DNA of 64,000 bases from Bacteroidales bacterium (GTDB lineage: Bacteria > Bacteroidota > Bacteroidia > Bacteroidales > Muribaculaceae): the NCBI GenBank assembly GCA_004557385.1, contig SFEA01000005.1, positions 27,465 through 91,464 on the forward strand, written 5' to 3'. The notes beneath the pieces are model-generated. The model was not told the DNA's origin, did not search any database, and saw only the letters and a list, made by a program, of their open reading frames with translations. A program made the translations under genes and the position numbers. Positions 9,781-21,486 of this stretch are shown here, one piece after another; within the stretch, counting starts at the first letter, position 1; each line of letters starts with the position of its first letter.

Positions 9781-10569
9781 ATGGCAGAATGCAAAAATCC
9801 ACTGATAACAATAGCCACGGTGACCTACAACGCCGAGGCTGTGATTGGTCGCACCATCGAGAGCATACGGCGCCAAACCAGCCGCGACTTTGAGTGGCTG
9901 GTGATTGACGGTGCATCGAGCGATGGCACCATGGCGGCTGTGTGCAGCAGCGGCATCGAACCTCTGCGGTGGGTGAGCGAGCGCGACGGCGGCTTGTATG
10001 ATGCTATGAACAAAGCCATCGATAAGGCTCAAGGCAAGTATATTGTGTTTTTGAATGCCGGCGACGCTTTTGCTGCGCCCGATGTGTTGGAGCGAATTGT
10101 GAAGGCGGCGCAAGACTCGCCCGACGTGATATACGGTCAAACGCGCCTGGTGGATGCCGAGCAGCACGAGCTGGGCAGCCGGCATCTCACTGCGCCACGG
10201 CACTTGACTATGCAGAGCTTTGCGCGTGGCATGGTGGTGTGCCATCAGGCTTTTGTGCCACGGCTTGCTATTGTGGGGCACTACGATTTGCAATATCGCT
10301 TGTCGGCAGACTATGAGTGGTGCTTGCGTTGCCTGAAGGCGTCGCAGGGTAATGCCTATTTGGGCGACGCGCCTATGGTCAACTATCTGGTCGACGGCTT
10401 GTCGGCAAAGCATCGAGCCAGTTCGCTTGGCGAGAGGTGGCACATAATGTGCCGATACTATGGCTTTGTGCCCACGCTGTTGCGGCATATTGGCTTTGTG
10501 CCTCGCTTTTTGGCGCACAGTGTGCGCATGGCGTTGACTAAGGCATTGGTGAAAAGAGAGAAAAACTAA
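9781..10569 (+). CDS. Family 2 glycosyltransferase
   Basis: Motifs ITIATVTYNAEAVIGRTIESIRRQTSRDFEWLVIDGASSDGT, and later DAMNKAI and VFLNAGD. The ORF-track start at 9742 is TTG; the first ATG is at 9781. Confidence 0.8.
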   Translation: MAECKNPLITIATVTYNAEAVIGRTIESIRRQTSRDFEWLVIDGASSDGTMAAVCSSGIEPLRWVSERDGGLYDAMNKAIDKAQGKYIVFLNAGDAFAAPDVLERIVKAAQDSPDVIYGQTRLVDAEQHELGSRHLTAPRHLTMQSFARGMVVCHQAFVPRLAIVGHYDLQYRLSADYEWCLRCLKASQGNAYLGDAPMVNYLVDGLSAKHRASSLGERWHIMCRYYGFVPTLLRHIGFVPRFLAHSVRMALTKALVKREKN

Positions 10570-10592
10570 CAGATAACACATACAAAAAAATA

Positions 10593-12377
10593 ATGAGCAA
10601 AGAAACAGCAAAACACATCGAGGCAGTGCGCCAACAGATGCGCAGCGTGGGCGTTGATGCCGTGATTATTCCGGGAACCGACCCGCATCAGAGCGAATAC
10701 ATAAGCGACTATTGGAAGGTGCGCGATTGGGTGAGCGGATTCACCGGCAGCAACGGTACGGCGGTGATTACGCTCAACGAGGCAGCGCTGTGGACCGATT
10801 CGCGCTATTTCCTTCAGGCAGCCGAGCAGCTTGAGGGCAGCGGCATGGTGATGCATCGCGAAAACGGACCGAACCCCGACACAAAAGAAGAATGGCTTGC
10901 CGACGTGCTTGCCGACGTTGAAGATGCGGTGATTGGCATCGACGGCCGATTGTTTTCGGCGCGCCAGGTGAACGAACTTGAGCAGTTCTGCTTCAGCAAC
11001 GGCTTCCGCCTTGCCACCGACTTTGCACCTGCCGACCGTGTGTGGACCGATCGCCCGGCTCGTCCTGCCGGAAAAGCCATGGTGCACGACATCAAGTATG
11101 CCGGCGAAACGGTGGAGAGCAAGCTCGAACGCATTGAGGCGTGCATCGAGATTCAGCAAGCCGACGCCATGCTTGTGGCTGCGCTCGACTGCATAGCTTG
11201 GGCTTTGAACTTGCGCGGAACCGATGTGGCTTTCACTCCGGTGGTGACTTCGTTCCTATATATCTCGGAACCCGAAACGGTGTTGTTTATCGACCCTGAT
11301 AAGGTCACCGACGAGGTGGCGCGTCATCTGAAGGCGTCGGGCGTGAAGGTGAAGGACTACGACGATGTGGAGAAGTATCTGTCGAAAATCAGCCAAAGCG
11401 TGAGCGTGCTCATCGACCCTGATGAGGTGAACGACCGCCTTGCCTCGTTAATTGCAAGCAAGACATACGCCAAGAATCCGATTGCTTTGCTCAAGGGAGT
11501 GAAGAACGAGGTGGAAATCGAGGGCTTCCGCCGTGCTATGGAGCGCGACGGCGCTGCGCTGGTGCGCACCTTTATGTGGGTTGAGGAAATGGCGCCTACA
11601 GGCACCATCACCGAAACCGACGTGGCACGCCGTGCCATTGAGGAACGCCGCAAGGAAGACCTTTACACCGACGAGAGTTTTGGCATGATTGCCGGATATG
11701 CAGCACACGGTGCGATAGTACACTACGAACCCGAGGACGCCACAGCGGCAACGCTGCAAGCCGACGGGCTGCTGCTTGTCGACACCGGTGGCCAGTATCT
11801 CGACGGCACCACCGACATCACTCGCACAATTTCGCTCGGCAATCCCACTGAGGCACAGCGTCACCACTATACGCTGGTGCTGAAAGGCCACTTGGCATTG
11901 GGCAATGCAGTGTTCCCCGAGCACACACGCGGTGTGCAGCTCGATGTGCTTGCTCGTCAATTCTTGTGGAAGGAGCATCTCACCTATTTCCACGGCACCG
12001 GTCACGGCGTGGGCCACTACCTCTCGGTGCACGAAGGTCCGCAAAGCATCCGCACCCAGGAGAACCCTGTTGAACTGGTTCCGGGAATGATAACGAGCAA
12101 CGAGCCGGGATTGTATATCACCGACCAATACGGAGTTCGCATCGAAAACTGCGTGCTCACGGTGAATGCTGGCGAGAATGCCGACTTTGGCGGATTCATG
12201 AAGTTTGAAGACCTCACGTTGTTCCCTTACGACCTCACGCTCATCGACAAAACGATGCTCACAAGCCTCGAGGTGGACCAAATAAATGCTTATCACCGCA
12301 TGGTGCGCGAGCGGTTGGCTTCGCACCTCAATGCCGAGGAACTTGCTTGGCTCGAAGCAAAAACAGCCGAACTCTAA
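10593..12377 (+). CDS. Xaa-Pro aminopeptidase (aminopeptidase P family: creatinase-N plus M24B)
   Basis: 594 aa. The M24 metal-ligand region is HGTGHGVGHYLSVHEGP, followed by SNEPGLY and VRIEN. Confidence 0.85.
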   Translation: MSKETAKHIEAVRQQMRSVGVDAVIIPGTDPHQSEYISDYWKVRDWVSGFTGSNGTAVITLNEAALWTDSRYFLQAAEQLEGSGMVMHRENGPNPDTKEEWLADVLADVEDAVIGIDGRLFSARQVNELEQFCFSNGFRLATDFAPADRVWTDRPARPAGKAMVHDIKYAGETVESKLERIEACIEIQQADAMLVAALDCIAWALNLRGTDVAFTPVVTSFLYISEPETVLFIDPDKVTDEVARHLKASGVKVKDYDDVEKYLSKISQSVSVLIDPDEVNDRLASLIASKTYAKNPIALLKGVKNEVEIEGFRRAMERDGAALVRTFMWVEEMAPTGTITETDVARRAIEERRKEDLYTDESFGMIAGYAAHGAIVHYEPEDATAATLQADGLLLVDTGGQYLDGTTDITRTISLGNPTEAQRHHYTLVLKGHLALGNAVFPEHTRGVQLDVLARQFLWKEHLTYFHGTGHGVGHYLSVHEGPQSIRTQENPVELVPGMITSNEPGLYITDQYGVRIENCVLTVNAGENADFGGFMKFEDLTLFPYDLTLIDKTMLTSLEVDQINAYHRMVRERLASHLNAEELAWLEAKTAEL

Positions 12378-12413
12378 ATTATTTCATACGATAGAATATA
12401 TAAGAATAGATAA

Positions 12414-12965
12414 ATGGCAATTTTCAGAACAATCAATCGAAACGGAGAAATACTCACTCCAAAATATGGCTCAGGCTGCTTTTTTGCCGATAACGCAGCT
12501 GTTGTGGGCGATGTGACTTTGGGCGACGATTGCACAGTGTGGTTTGGCACTGTGCTGCGTGGCGACGTGAACACCATCACCATAGGCAACCGCGTGAACA
12601 TTCAAGACGGCAGCGTGCTACACACCTTGTATCAGAAATCGACAATCGAAATTGGCGACGATGTTTCAATCGGTCACAATGTTACGGTTCACGGCGCCAA
12701 GATACGCAATTTTGCACTCATCGGCATGGGTGCAGTGTTGCTCGACGATGCCGAGGTGGGCGAGGGCGCCATTGTTGCAGCCGGCAGTGTGGTGAAAAAA
12801 GGCACTAAAATCGGTCCTCACGAACTGTGGGCAGGTGCTCCTGCCGAGTTCAAGAAAAAGGTTGACCCGGCTCAGGCTCAGGAGATGAACGTGAAGATAG
12901 CAAAGAACTATTTGATGTACTCTAAATGGTATGACTACGACGACGACGCCAACGTCACACCCTGA
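12414..12965 (+). CDS. Gamma-carbonic-anhydrase-family / hexapeptide-repeat protein (YrdA/PaaY-like)
   Basis: Left-handed beta-helix hexapeptide repeats: VVGDVTLGDDCTVWFGTVLRGDVNTITIGNRVNIQDGSVLH ... IGHNVTVHG. Confidence 0.8.
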   Translation: MAIFRTINRNGEILTPKYGSGCFFADNAAVVGDVTLGDDCTVWFGTVLRGDVNTITIGNRVNIQDGSVLHTLYQKSTIEIGDDVSIGHNVTVHGAKIRNFALIGMGAVLLDDAEVGEGAIVAAGSVVKKGTKIGPHELWAGAPAEFKKKVDPAQAQEMNVKIAKNYLMYSKWYDYDDDANVTP

Positions 12966-13008
12966 AACGAACAAGAAAGTAATAATAAACAAAAAAACTG
13001 ACTGATAA

Positions 13009-16000
13009 ATGAGAAAAAGAATCACTTTGATTGTAGCATTGGCGCTTGCCACGTTGACTGGCGCAGCTGCAACCCCACTCTGGTTACGTTCGGCAAAAAT
13101 CTCGCCGGACGGCAAGCAGATTGCATTTAGCTACAAAGGCGACATCTGGAAAGTGTCGTCGGCAGGTGGTACGGCAGTGCGCCTCACCACACAACCCAGT
13201 TACGAAAGCAACCCTATATGGAGCCCCGACGGCAAGCAGATTGCCTTCTCGAGCGACCGTCACGGCAATTTTGACGTGTTTGTGATGCCGTCGACCGGTG
13301 GTGCTGCAGTGCGTTTGACCACCAACTCGGCTAAAGAGCAACCTATGGCATTCTCGCCCGATGGCGCTTGGGTGTATTTCCAAGCAGGCATACAAGACCC
13401 GGCACAAAGTGCGCTGTTCCCTTCGGGTGCGTTGCGCGAAGTGTATAAGGTGCCGGCAACAGGCGGCCGCACACAGCAGGTGCTTGCCACGCCAGCCGAG
13501 GACATCTGCTTCACTGCCGATGGCTCGAAGATGCTTTATCACGACTGCAAAGGCGTGGAAGATGCTTTGCGCAAGCATCACACCTCGTCAATCACACGCG
13601 ACGTGTGGATTTACGACGCAGCCACTGGCAAGCACGCCAACCTCACTAATCGCGGCGGCGAGGACCGCAACCCGGTGCTGGCTGCCGACGGCAAGACGGT
13701 GTATTTCCTGAGCGAGCGCAATGGCGGTTCGTTTAACGTATATCGCTTTTCGCTCGATGCACCCAGCCAAGTGTCGGCTGTCACCAACCACGCCACTCAT
13801 CCAGTGCGCTCGCTCTCGATGGCTGCCAACGGCATGTTGTGCTACACCTACGACGGCGAAATTTGGGTGAAGCCTTCGGGCGCCGAACCTCGCAAGGTGG
13901 CTGTAGATATTGTGCTCGACGAGGATAATATGATTGACAATGTGCGTGTAAACGCCGGCCGTGGTGTGGTTTCGCCCGACGGCAAGCAGTTGGCGTTCAT
14001 TTCGCGCGGCGAAGTGTTTGTCACTTCGGTGGAATATAACACCACCAAGCAAATCACCAGCACTGCTTGCGAAGAACGTGGCTTGACGTGGAAGGACAAT
14101 CGCACCATTGCCTATGCCAGCGAACGCGATGGCAACTGGCAGCTGTTCACCGCCACCATCCATCGCAAAGAGGACCAAAACTTTGCAAATGCCACTCTCA
14201 TCGACGAAAAGCCTGTGCTTCCGTCGGCTGATGTTGAGCGCTATGCACCAAAGTTCTCGCCCGATGGCAAGGAATTGGCATTCATCGAGGACCGCTTGCG
14301 CCTGATGGTGCTCAACCTCGAAACTAACACCGTTCGCCAAGTGACCGACGGCAGCAAATGGTATGACAACAACGAGGAATTCTGGTTCGATTGGAGCCCC
14401 GACGGAAAGTGGTTTGCCATTACTTTCATCGACAAGAAGCACGACCCGTATTACGATTGCGGAATTGTGAGTGCTCAGGGTGGCGAAATTTATAACATCA
14501 CGCGCAGCGGCTACTTCAACATGAATGCCACTTGGGTGATGAATGGCAATGCAATAATGTTTGCCACCGACCGCTACGGCATGCGCTCGCATGCTTCGTG
14601 GGGCTCGCAAAACGATGTTATGCTGGCGTTTGTAAACAAAGATGCCTACGACCGCTTCCGCTTGAGCAAGGAGGACTACGAATTGCTCAAGGAAGTTGAA
14701 AAAGCACAAAAAGACGACAAAAAGAAGGCTGACGACAACGCCAAGGCTAAGAAGGGTAAAAAGAATGCCAAAAAGGCTGACGAAGCCAAACCCGACGACA
14801 AGAAGGAAGTGAAGATTGAGTTCGATGGCTTGTGCGACCGCATTATTCGCCTCACTCCTAACTCGTCGGACCTCGAGGCAGCTGCCCTGACACCCGATGG
14901 CGAAACACTCTACTACATCACTCGCTTTGAGGATAAACCCGACCTGTGGAAGCTTTCAACCCGCAAGAGAGAAACCAAGTTGGTGAGCAAGGGTGTAGGT
15001 CGCGGCGAATTGCAGATGATGGATGACGGCAAGGCAATGTTCCTTGTTGGTGCACAATCCAAGAAATTAGATTTACCGAGCGAAAAAGCCACTCCAATAA
15101 CAGCATCGGCAACAATGAAGCTCGACCACGCGGCAGAACGCGCCTATATGTTTGAGCACGTGGTTAAGCAAGAGGCAAAGTGCTTCTACAACACCAATAT
15201 GCACGGCGTCGACTGGCCTGCAATGGCTGAGGCTTATCGCAAGTTCTTGCCACATATCTCTAATAACTACGACTTTGCCGAGATGCTCAGCGAAATTCTT
15301 GGCGAGTTGAACGTGTCGCACACCGGCGGACGCTACTATCCATCGGGCGGCGGCGATGCCACCATGAACCTCGGCTTGCTATACGATTACACCTACACTG
15401 GCAACGGGTTGAAAGTCGACGAAGTGGTTGCCAAGGGTCCGTTCGACCGTGCTTCATCGCGCATGAAAGCAGGTTGCATTGTTGAGAAAATCAATGGCGT
15501 GGAATTGAACGCTGCCACCGATTACTCGGTTGTGTTCAACGAGATGGGCCGTAAAAAGACTCTGGTTTCGATTTACAATCCTGCCGACGGCAGCCGCTTC
15601 GACGAGGTGGTGTTGCCAATCACATCCGGTCAGTTCAATGCGTTGCTCTACGACCGCTGGGTGAAGGCTCGCGAAGCCGATGTTGAGCGTATGTCGGGCG
15701 GCAGACTTGGTTATGTGCACATTAAGCAGATGAACGATGCTTCGTTCCGCGATGTATATAGCCAGGTGCTTGGCAAGTTCAACGACAAGGAAGGCATTGT
15801 GATTGACACCCGCTTCAATGGCGGTGGCCGTCTGCACGAGGACCTCGAAGTGTTCTTCAGCGGCGAGAAATATCTCACTCAGGTGGTTCGCGGTCATGAG
15901 GCTTGCGACATGCCGAGCCGTCGTTGGAACAAACCTTCGATTATGTTGCAATGCGAATCGAACTACAGCAACGCTCACGGCAGCCCATGGGTGTATAAAT

Positions 16001-16266
16001 ACAAAAAAATGGGTAAACTTGTTGGTATGCCTGTGCCAGGCACAATGACCAGTGTGAACTGGGAAACCCTCATCGACGATTCGCTGGTGTTCGGCATCCC
16101 GGTTATTGGCTATCGCAAGGCCGACGGCGGTTATCTCGAGAACTGCCAGTTGGAGCCCGACGTGAAGGTTGCCAATTCGCCTGAAACAGTGGTTAAGGGC
16201 GAGGACACTCAATTGCGCGTGGCTGTCGACGAGTTGCTCAAGCAAATCGATTCGGCAAAGAAATAA
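13009..16266 (+). CDS. Tricorn-like S41 family peptidase with TolB/PD40 beta-propeller repeats
   Basis: 1085 aa with a signal peptide. The motifs SPDGKQIAF, SPDGKQLAF and SPDGKELAF recur as PD40 repeats. The C-terminal region is S41-like (GIVIDTRFNGGG ... SNAHGSPW). Confidence 0.8.
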   Translation: MRKRITLIVALALATLTGAAATPLWLRSAKISPDGKQIAFSYKGDIWKVSSAGGTAVRLTTQPSYESNPIWSPDGKQIAFSSDRHGNFDVFVMPSTGGAAVRLTTNSAKEQPMAFSPDGAWVYFQAGIQDPAQSALFPSGALREVYKVPATGGRTQQVLATPAEDICFTADGSKMLYHDCKGVEDALRKHHTSSITRDVWIYDAATGKHANLTNRGGEDRNPVLAADGKTVYFLSERNGGSFNVYRFSLDAPSQVSAVTNHATHPVRSLSMAANGMLCYTYDGEIWVKPSGAEPRKVAVDIVLDEDNMIDNVRVNAGRGVVSPDGKQLAFISRGEVFVTSVEYNTTKQITSTACEERGLTWKDNRTIAYASERDGNWQLFTATIHRKEDQNFANATLIDEKPVLPSADVERYAPKFSPDGKELAFIEDRLRLMVLNLETNTVRQVTDGSKWYDNNEEFWFDWSPDGKWFAITFIDKKHDPYYDCGIVSAQGGEIYNITRSGYFNMNATWVMNGNAIMFATDRYGMRSHASWGSQNDVMLAFVNKDAYDRFRLSKEDYELLKEVEKAQKDDKKKADDNAKAKKGKKNAKKADEAKPDDKKEVKIEFDGLCDRIIRLTPNSSDLEAAALTPDGETLYYITRFEDKPDLWKLSTRKRETKLVSKGVGRGELQMMDDGKAMFLVGAQSKKLDLPSEKATPITASATMKLDHAAERAYMFEHVVKQEAKCFYNTNMHGVDWPAMAEAYRKFLPHISNNYDFAEMLSEILGELNVSHTGGRYYPSGGGDATMNLGLLYDYTYTGNGLKVDEVVAKGPFDRASSRMKAGCIVEKINGVELNAATDYSVVFNEMGRKKTLVSIYNPADGSRFDEVVLPITSGQFNALLYDRWVKAREADVERMSGGRLGYVHIKQMNDASFRDVYSQVLGKFNDKEGIVIDTRFNGGGRLHEDLEVFFSGEKYLTQVVRGHEACDMPSRRWNKPSIMLQCESNYSNAHGSPWVYKYKKMGKLVGMPVPGTMTSVNWETLIDDSLVFGIPVIGYRKADGGYLENCQLEPDVKVANSPETVVKGEDTQLRVAVDELLKQIDSAKK

Positions 16267-16292
16267 GTCGTACTGACTCAAAAACACTTCAC

Positions 16293-16328
16293 AAGAGGCA
16301 GCTGTCGAGGCATCGGCATCTGCCTCTT
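16293..16328 (+). terminator. Hairpin downstream of the S41 peptidase gene
   Basis: A 9-bp stem, aagaggcag (16293-16301) pairing with ctgcctctt (16320-16328). The T-tract that follows is weak. Confidence 0.4.
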
Positions 16329-16478
16329 GGCTTATATTTAAGCATCAGTCAATCAAGCCGTATCCTCTCAAATGTTATTTCGGGTGGTTATGCATGATTT
16401 TTGCTTTAAGTGAGGATGTGTTTTCTTTGAAAAGGCTCGGGAAATTCATATATTTGTGGTGAAAAAATTGTTTTGGCT

Positions 16479-17201
16479 ATGAAGACTATTGTAAATTTTA
16501 TGCTTTCGGGGTTGTTGGCTTTTGGATGCATTTATTCAGGCAAAGCCCAGGGAGTGTTGAAAGAAGTGAACACCTCGTCGGCAAAGGAGATAATGAATCG
16601 AATGCCGGCAAATGCAGCATACGTTTATCCCGAGTTCCGTCAGGGTGTGGCTTATTTGCGAAACGGTGAGGTTTCGCGTGCGTGGTTCAACTACAGTCCC
16701 ATGTTGGACGAAATGCACTATAAGCTGTCGGGCGATGGCGAAGTTCAGGCGTTGAGCAACGGCGCTGACGTCGGTTTTATTAAGATAGGCAACGATGCAT
16801 TCTACTATGCCGGGAAAATGTCGTTTGCGCAGCTGGTTGTCTACGACGATGATGCCGTTTTGTGCTATCGCCGTCACACCAGAATCTCGCAGGACGATGG
16901 CAATTTTGGCGCTTACGGCACCTCCACCGAAACCGTTTCGGCTTCGCGTATTCAAAGCGTGGCTTTCACGCCCGGCATCAAGGACCTCGACAATTATCGC
17001 GACTTGAAATATGAAGTAGAAAACGACTATATTATGCTTGTCGATGGCAAGCCTATTGTCATTCGGTCGGCAAAGGCTTTCGAGAAGGCTTTCCCGAAAC
17101 TGAAGAAGAAAATCAAGGAATACCTGTCGACCAACAAGGTCAATTTCAAGAAAGGCGACGACATTGTTGCCTTGATGGAGTTTTGCATCAGCAATAAGTG
17201 A
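16479..17201 (+). CDS. Secreted hypothetical protein
   Basis: ATG at 16479 (the ORF-track start at 16473 is TTG). Signal peptide MKTIVNFMLSGLLAFGCIYSGKAQG. I recognise no motif. A TAtaTTTG box lies at 16449-16456. Confidence 0.6.
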   Translation: MKTIVNFMLSGLLAFGCIYSGKAQGVLKEVNTSSAKEIMNRMPANAAYVYPEFRQGVAYLRNGEVSRAWFNYSPMLDEMHYKLSGDGEVQALSNGADVGFIKIGNDAFYYAGKMSFAQLVVYDDDAVLCYRRHTRISQDDGNFGAYGTSTETVSASRIQSVAFTPGIKDLDNYRDLKYEVENDYIMLVDGKPIVIRSAKAFEKAFPKLKKKIKEYLSTNKVNFKKGDDIVALMEFCISNK

Positions 17202-17275
17202 TGTCGTTGCATTCTATGCACGGACGCTTTGAGCAGGTTGCGCGATAGAGTGCATTGCTGCAATTGGCAAGTGCA

Positions 17276-20071
17276 TTATTTTTGCCCGAGCTTTTCGGCG
17301 AGGAACTTGCCGGTGTAGCTTTCGGGGCATTGGGCAATTTGCTCAGGAGTGCCGGTGCACACCACGTTTCCGCCGGCATCGCCGCCTTCAGGACCCATGT
17401 CGATGATGTGGTCGGCGCACTTTATCACGTCGATGTTATGCTCGATGATGATGATTGAATGTCCGTGCTCAATTAGTTGGTTGAACGACTTCATGAGTGT
17501 GCTGATGTCGTGGAAATGCAATCCGGTGGTAGGTTCGTCGAAGATGAACAGCGTGTGCTGTTTGACCTCGTCGCAGAGGTAGTAAGCCAGTTTCACGCGC
17601 TGGTTTTCGCCGCCGGAGAGCGACGACGACGATTGCCCGAGCTTAACGTAACCCAGTCCGACGTCCTGCAGCGGTTTCAGGCGGCGCACAATGCGTCGCT
17701 CGGTAGCTCCGGCTGTTTGGCTGAAGAATTCAATGGCTTGATTCACAGTCATGTTGAGCACGTCGTAGATGTTCTTGCCGCGATATTCCACTTCAAGCGC
17801 GTTGGCGCTGTAGCGTTTGCCATGGCACGATTCACATTCCAGCGTGATGTCAGCCATGAATTGCATCTCAATGGTGATTGTGCCTTCGCCTTTGCAGTCC
17901 TCGCAGCGTCCGCCGGGGGCGTTGAACGAAAAATAGCCGGCGTTGTAGCCCATTTGCTTCGACAGTTGCTGCTCGGCAAAGAGGTGGCGAATTTCGTCGA
18001 ATGCTTTCAGATAGGTTGCAGGGTTGCTGCGCGACGATTTGCCTATCGGGTTTTGGTCGACGTATTCAATTGCGCTAACCATATTCACGTCGCCCTCAAT
18101 GCCGAGGTGAGCGCCCGGAGCATCGACGTTGATGTCGAGCCGGCGGGCAAGTGCGCGATATAGAATCTGGTTCACCAGCGTTGATTTTCCTGAGCCGCTC
18201 ACGCCGGTCACAACAGTGATTATGCCAAGCGGAAATGTAACGTCGATGCCTTTTAGGTTATTCTCCGAAGCGCCTTTCACGGTGATTGAGTTGTTCCAGC
18301 GGCGGCGTATTGTGGGCACGGCAATCTGCATCGTGCCGTTGAGATATTTCAGTGTGTAGCTTTGCTCGGCGTTTGCCTCGGGCGTGAGCTGTCCGGCAAA
18401 CACCACGTTGCCGCCACGGCGCCCGGCTTCGGGACCGATGTCGATGAGATAGTCGGCAGCGCGTATGATGTCCTCGTCGTGTTCCACCACCACCACCGTA
18501 TTGCCCAAGTCGCGCAGCATCTTCAGCACGCTAATCAGTCGCGCTGTGTCGCGCGAGTGCAGACCGATGCTTGGCTCGTCGAGGATATACACCGAACCCA
18601 CGAGCGAGCTGCCCAGTGATGTGGTGAGGCTGATGCGTTGGCTTTCGCCGCCCGACAAGGTCGACGACACGCGGTCGAGGGTGAGGTAGCCCAGTCCTAC
18701 CTCGTTGAGGAAACGCAGTCGGTTGGTGATTTCCACCGTCAGCCTCTTGGCAACGAGGGCGTCGGTGGCATCGAGTTGCAAATTCTCGAACCATTGCAGC
18801 AGCTGCGACACTGGCATCTTCACGAGGTCGGCAATTGTGCAGCCGCCAATGCGAACATATTGCGCGCCTTTTTTTAGCCGCGAGCCGTTGCACTCAGGGC
18901 AAACGGTTTTCCCGCGGTAGCGCGCCAGCATCACGCGATATTGTATTGAATAAGATTTCGATTGAACGAAGCGGAAAAACTCGTCGATGCCTGTGACGTG
19001 GCTGTTGCCATGCCACAGCAGTTGGCGTTGCTCGTCGGTGAGCTTGTTGTATGGCGTGTGTATGGGAAAATGCAATGGCACAGCCTGACGGATGAACTGG
19101 TCCTTCCATTCGCCAATTATTTTGCCGCGCCAGCAAGCCACAGCGTCGTCGTAGACCGATAGCGCCTTGTTTGGAACAACTAAGTTTTCGTCGATGCCCG
19201 TAACTTTTCCAAACCCTTCGCACACAGGGCAAGCGCCCACAGGGTTGTTGAAATTGAACATCAGGTCGCTTGGCTCTTCGAATGTCATGCCATCGGCTTC
19301 GAAACGCTTCGAGAAGTTAAGCGTCTGCACCGTGCCGTTGGTTTGCCACACCATAACCACACATTCGTCCTGACCCTCGAAAAACGCAGTGGAGAGCGAG
19401 TCGAGCAAGCGCATATCGTCCTCCTTGGTGCGAGTCACCGCCAAACGGTCGATGAGCAAGCGATATTCGGCAGGGTTAAGGTTGTTGGCATCAGGCAGGA
19501 TGTCGGTAATGTTCACAAAACGGGTGTCGTGTTCGAGTCGCGAATAGCCGCCTTTGAGCAGTATGGAGAGGTGTGTTGCAAAGTCGCGGTCGGCAGGAAT
19601 GTGCAGTTGACTGAGCAGCGCGATGCGAGTGCCGATGGGGTAGCTGTTGATGGCTGAAAGCACATCGTTTGAGGTGTGCTTCTTCACCTGATTGCCCGAT
19701 ATGGGCGAAAAGGTCTTGCCAACGCGCGCAAACAGCATGCGCAAATAGTCGTAAATCTCGGTTGAGGTGCCCACGGTGCTTCGCGAGTTGCGAGTGGTTA
19801 CTTTTTGCTCGATGGCGATGGCAGGTGGCAACCCCTTGATGAAATCACATTCGGGCTTAGCCATCTTGCCGAGGAACTGGCGGGCGTACGACGAGAGGCT
19901 TTCCACGTAGCGGCGTTGCCCTTCGGCGTAGAGAGTGTCGAACGCCAGCGACGATTTGCCGCTGCCCGATAAGCCTGTGATAACCACCAGCTTGCCGCGC
20001 GGAATTTCCACGTCGATGCTTTTGAGGTTGTTCACTCTTGCTCCTTTTATGATTATATTGCCCGAATTCAT
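17276..20071 (-). CDS. uvrA: Excinuclease ABC subunit A
   Basis: 931 aa. Two Walker A motifs ([18 protein letters not shown]), two ABC signatures ([16 protein letters not shown]), and Zn modules [16 protein letters not shown] and CEDCKGEG. Confidence 0.95.
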   Translation of the reverse strand: MNSGNIIIKGARVNNLKSIDVEIPRGKLVVITGLSGSGKSSLAFDTLYAEGQRRYVESLSSYARQFLGKMAKPECDFIKGLPPAIAIEQKVTTRNSRSTVGTSTEIYDYLRMLFARVGKTFSPISGNQVKKHTSNDVLSAINSYPIGTRIALLSQLHIPADRDFATHLSILLKGGYSRLEHDTRFVNITDILPDANNLNPAEYRLLIDRLAVTRTKEDDMRLLDSLSTAFFEGQDECVVMVWQTNGTVQTLNFSKRFEADGMTFEEPSDLMFNFNNPVGACPVCEGFGKVTGIDENLVVPNKALSVYDDAVACWRGKIIGEWKDQFIRQAVPLHFPIHTPYNKLTDEQRQLLWHGNSHVTGIDEFFRFVQSKSYSIQYRVMLARYRGKTVCPECNGSRLKKGAQYVRIGGCTIADLVKMPVSQLLQWFENLQLDATDALVAKRLTVEITNRLRFLNEVGLGYLTLDRVSSTLSGGESQRISLTTSLGSSLVGSVYILDEPSIGLHSRDTARLISVLKMLRDLGNTVVVVEHDEDIIRAADYLIDIGPEAGRRGGNVVFAGQLTPEANAEQSYTLKYLNGTMQIAVPTIRRRWNNSITVKGASENNLKGIDVTFPLGIITVVTGVSGSGKSTLVNQILYRALARRLDINVDAPGAHLGIEGDVNMVSAIEYVDQNPIGKSSRSNPATYLKAFDEIRHLFAEQQLSKQMGYNAGYFSFNAPGGRCEDCKGEGTITIEMQFMADITLECESCHGKRYSANALEVEYRGKNIYDVLNMTVNQAIEFFSQTAGATERRIVRRLKPLQDVGLGYVKLGQSSSSLSGGENQRVKLAYYLCDEVKQHTLFIFDEPTTGLHFHDISTLMKSFNQLIEHGHSIIIIEHNIDVIKCADHIIDMGPEGGDAGGNVVCTGTPEQIAQCPESYTGKFLAEKLGQK

Positions 20072-20307
20072 CGCCTATTGTGATTTGTTGTGATAAAAAT
20101 TTATTCTTGCAAAATTACTAAAATTTGTGCAAATCGAGTGCCGGGCGCTGTAGTTTATTTTTGGTGTAGATGTTATTAAACAAAAATTGATGGGTAAACA
20201 ATGCTTTATGTGATGCATTCTGCCGATTGATGTGAGTGTTTGAGGGACGTATATTTGCATATAATTGCAAAAACTGCTAATTTTGCATATCGAATTCAAG
20301 CATATTG

Positions 20308-21486
20308 ATGATGAGTTATAAAATATACCTTCTTATATTGCTCGGTGCGTTGTCGGCATTCGGGCCGTTTGTCACAGATATGTATTTACCCAGCTTGCCG
20401 TCGATGGTCGATGACTACAACACCAGCGTTTCGATGGTGCAGATGGGATTGTCGTTCAGTATGTTAGGTCTTGCTTTGGGACAATTGCTTTTCGGTCCGC
20501 TGAGCGACAAATACGGTCGCAGAATGCCTGTGATTGTTGCCATGGTGGTGTTTTGCATAAGCACTTTGGCTTGCGTGTTTGCGCCCACCATCGAGGTTTT
20601 TGTTGGGTTGCGGTTTGTGCAAGGCGTTTCGGGCGCAGGAGGCATAGTGATTTCGCGTTCGGTGGCAACCGACACCTTCGATGGACATCAGCTGCTGAAG
20701 ATGCTTGCCATTATTGGTGCCATCAACGGCATCGCGCCAATCACGGCGCCGGTGGCGGGTGGCATGATTGTGAGCAGCATAGGGTGGCGCGGCATCTTTG
20801 TGGTGCTGCTGGTGATTGGCGTGCTGCTGGCTGTGGGCAGCTGCATAATGAAGGAGTCGCTGCCTGTTGAGCGGCGCAAATCCACCGGTGTTTTTGCCAC
20901 GTTCAAGTTGTTTGGCGTGGTGTTGCGCAACCGCACGTTCATGTGCTATGTTTTGCAGCAAGCCACCGCGCAAGCCATTCTGTTTGGCAACATTGCCTCG
21001 TCGCCGTTTATCGTTCAGACTCATTTTGGCGTTTCAGCCACCACCTTCGGATTGCTGTTTGCCGTCAACGGCGTGTTCATTGGCGTTGGTGCGGCATTGT
21101 CGGCACGGTTCCGCAAGCCCGAAACGTGCGTCAAGGTTAGTTGCATAGGCATGCTTGTGCTGAGTGCCCTGATGGCAGTGCTGCTGTTTGGCGGCTGCAA
21201 TGTGTTGTGGTATGAGGTGGTGCTCAATCCGTTGCTCGGCTTTATGGGCTTGACGTTCACGGCATCTACCACTCTTGCGCTCAACAGCGAGCGTGAAAAC
21301 GCGGGTACGGCGTCGGCAGTGTTTGGCGCCATAGGCTTCATGAGCGGCGGCATAGTCACACCGCTTGTTGGGCAGGGCAATATGCTTCACACCACGGCAA
21401 TAGTGTTTGTTGTTGGCGCGATACTGTCGTTCATGTTTGCTGCTATGGCAAGGGTGGCACAGCGCAGCACGAGTGTCAGTGCATGA
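20308..21486 (+). CDS. MFS transporter, Bcr/CflA drug-resistance subfamily
   Basis: 12-TM pattern with the motif GPLSDKYGRR. The first ATG is at 20308 (the ORF-track start at 20305 is TTG). TAnnTTTG boxes lie at 20250-20257 and 20278-20285. Confidence 0.8.
   Translation: MMSYKIYLLILLGALSAFGPFVTDMYLPSLPSMVDDYNTSVSMVQMGLSFSMLGLALGQLLFGPLSDKYGRRMPVIVAMVVFCISTLACVFAPTIEVFVGLRFVQGVSGAGGIVISRSVATDTFDGHQLLKMLAIIGAINGIAPITAPVAGGMIVSSIGWRGIFVVLLVIGVLLAVGSCIMKESLPVERRKSTGVFATFKLFGVVLRNRTFMCYVLQQATAQAILFGNIASSPFIVQTHFGVSATTFGLLFAVNGVFIGVGAALSARFRKPETCVKVSCIGMLVLSALMAVLLFGGCNVLWYEVVLNPLLGFMGLTFTASTTLALNSERENAGTASAVFGAIGFMSGGIVTPLVGQGNMLHTTAIVFVVGAILSFMFAAMARVAQRSTSVSA

Noticed and set aside
14690-14815. 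A Lys/Asp/Ala-rich low-complexity stretch (KAQKDDKKKADDNAKAKKGKKNAKKADEAKPDDKKEVK) in the S41 peptidase gene
   Set aside because: It is in frame and sits between the propeller and the C-terminal domains, so it is most simply a charged linker. There is no evidence of an insertion or of a separate function.
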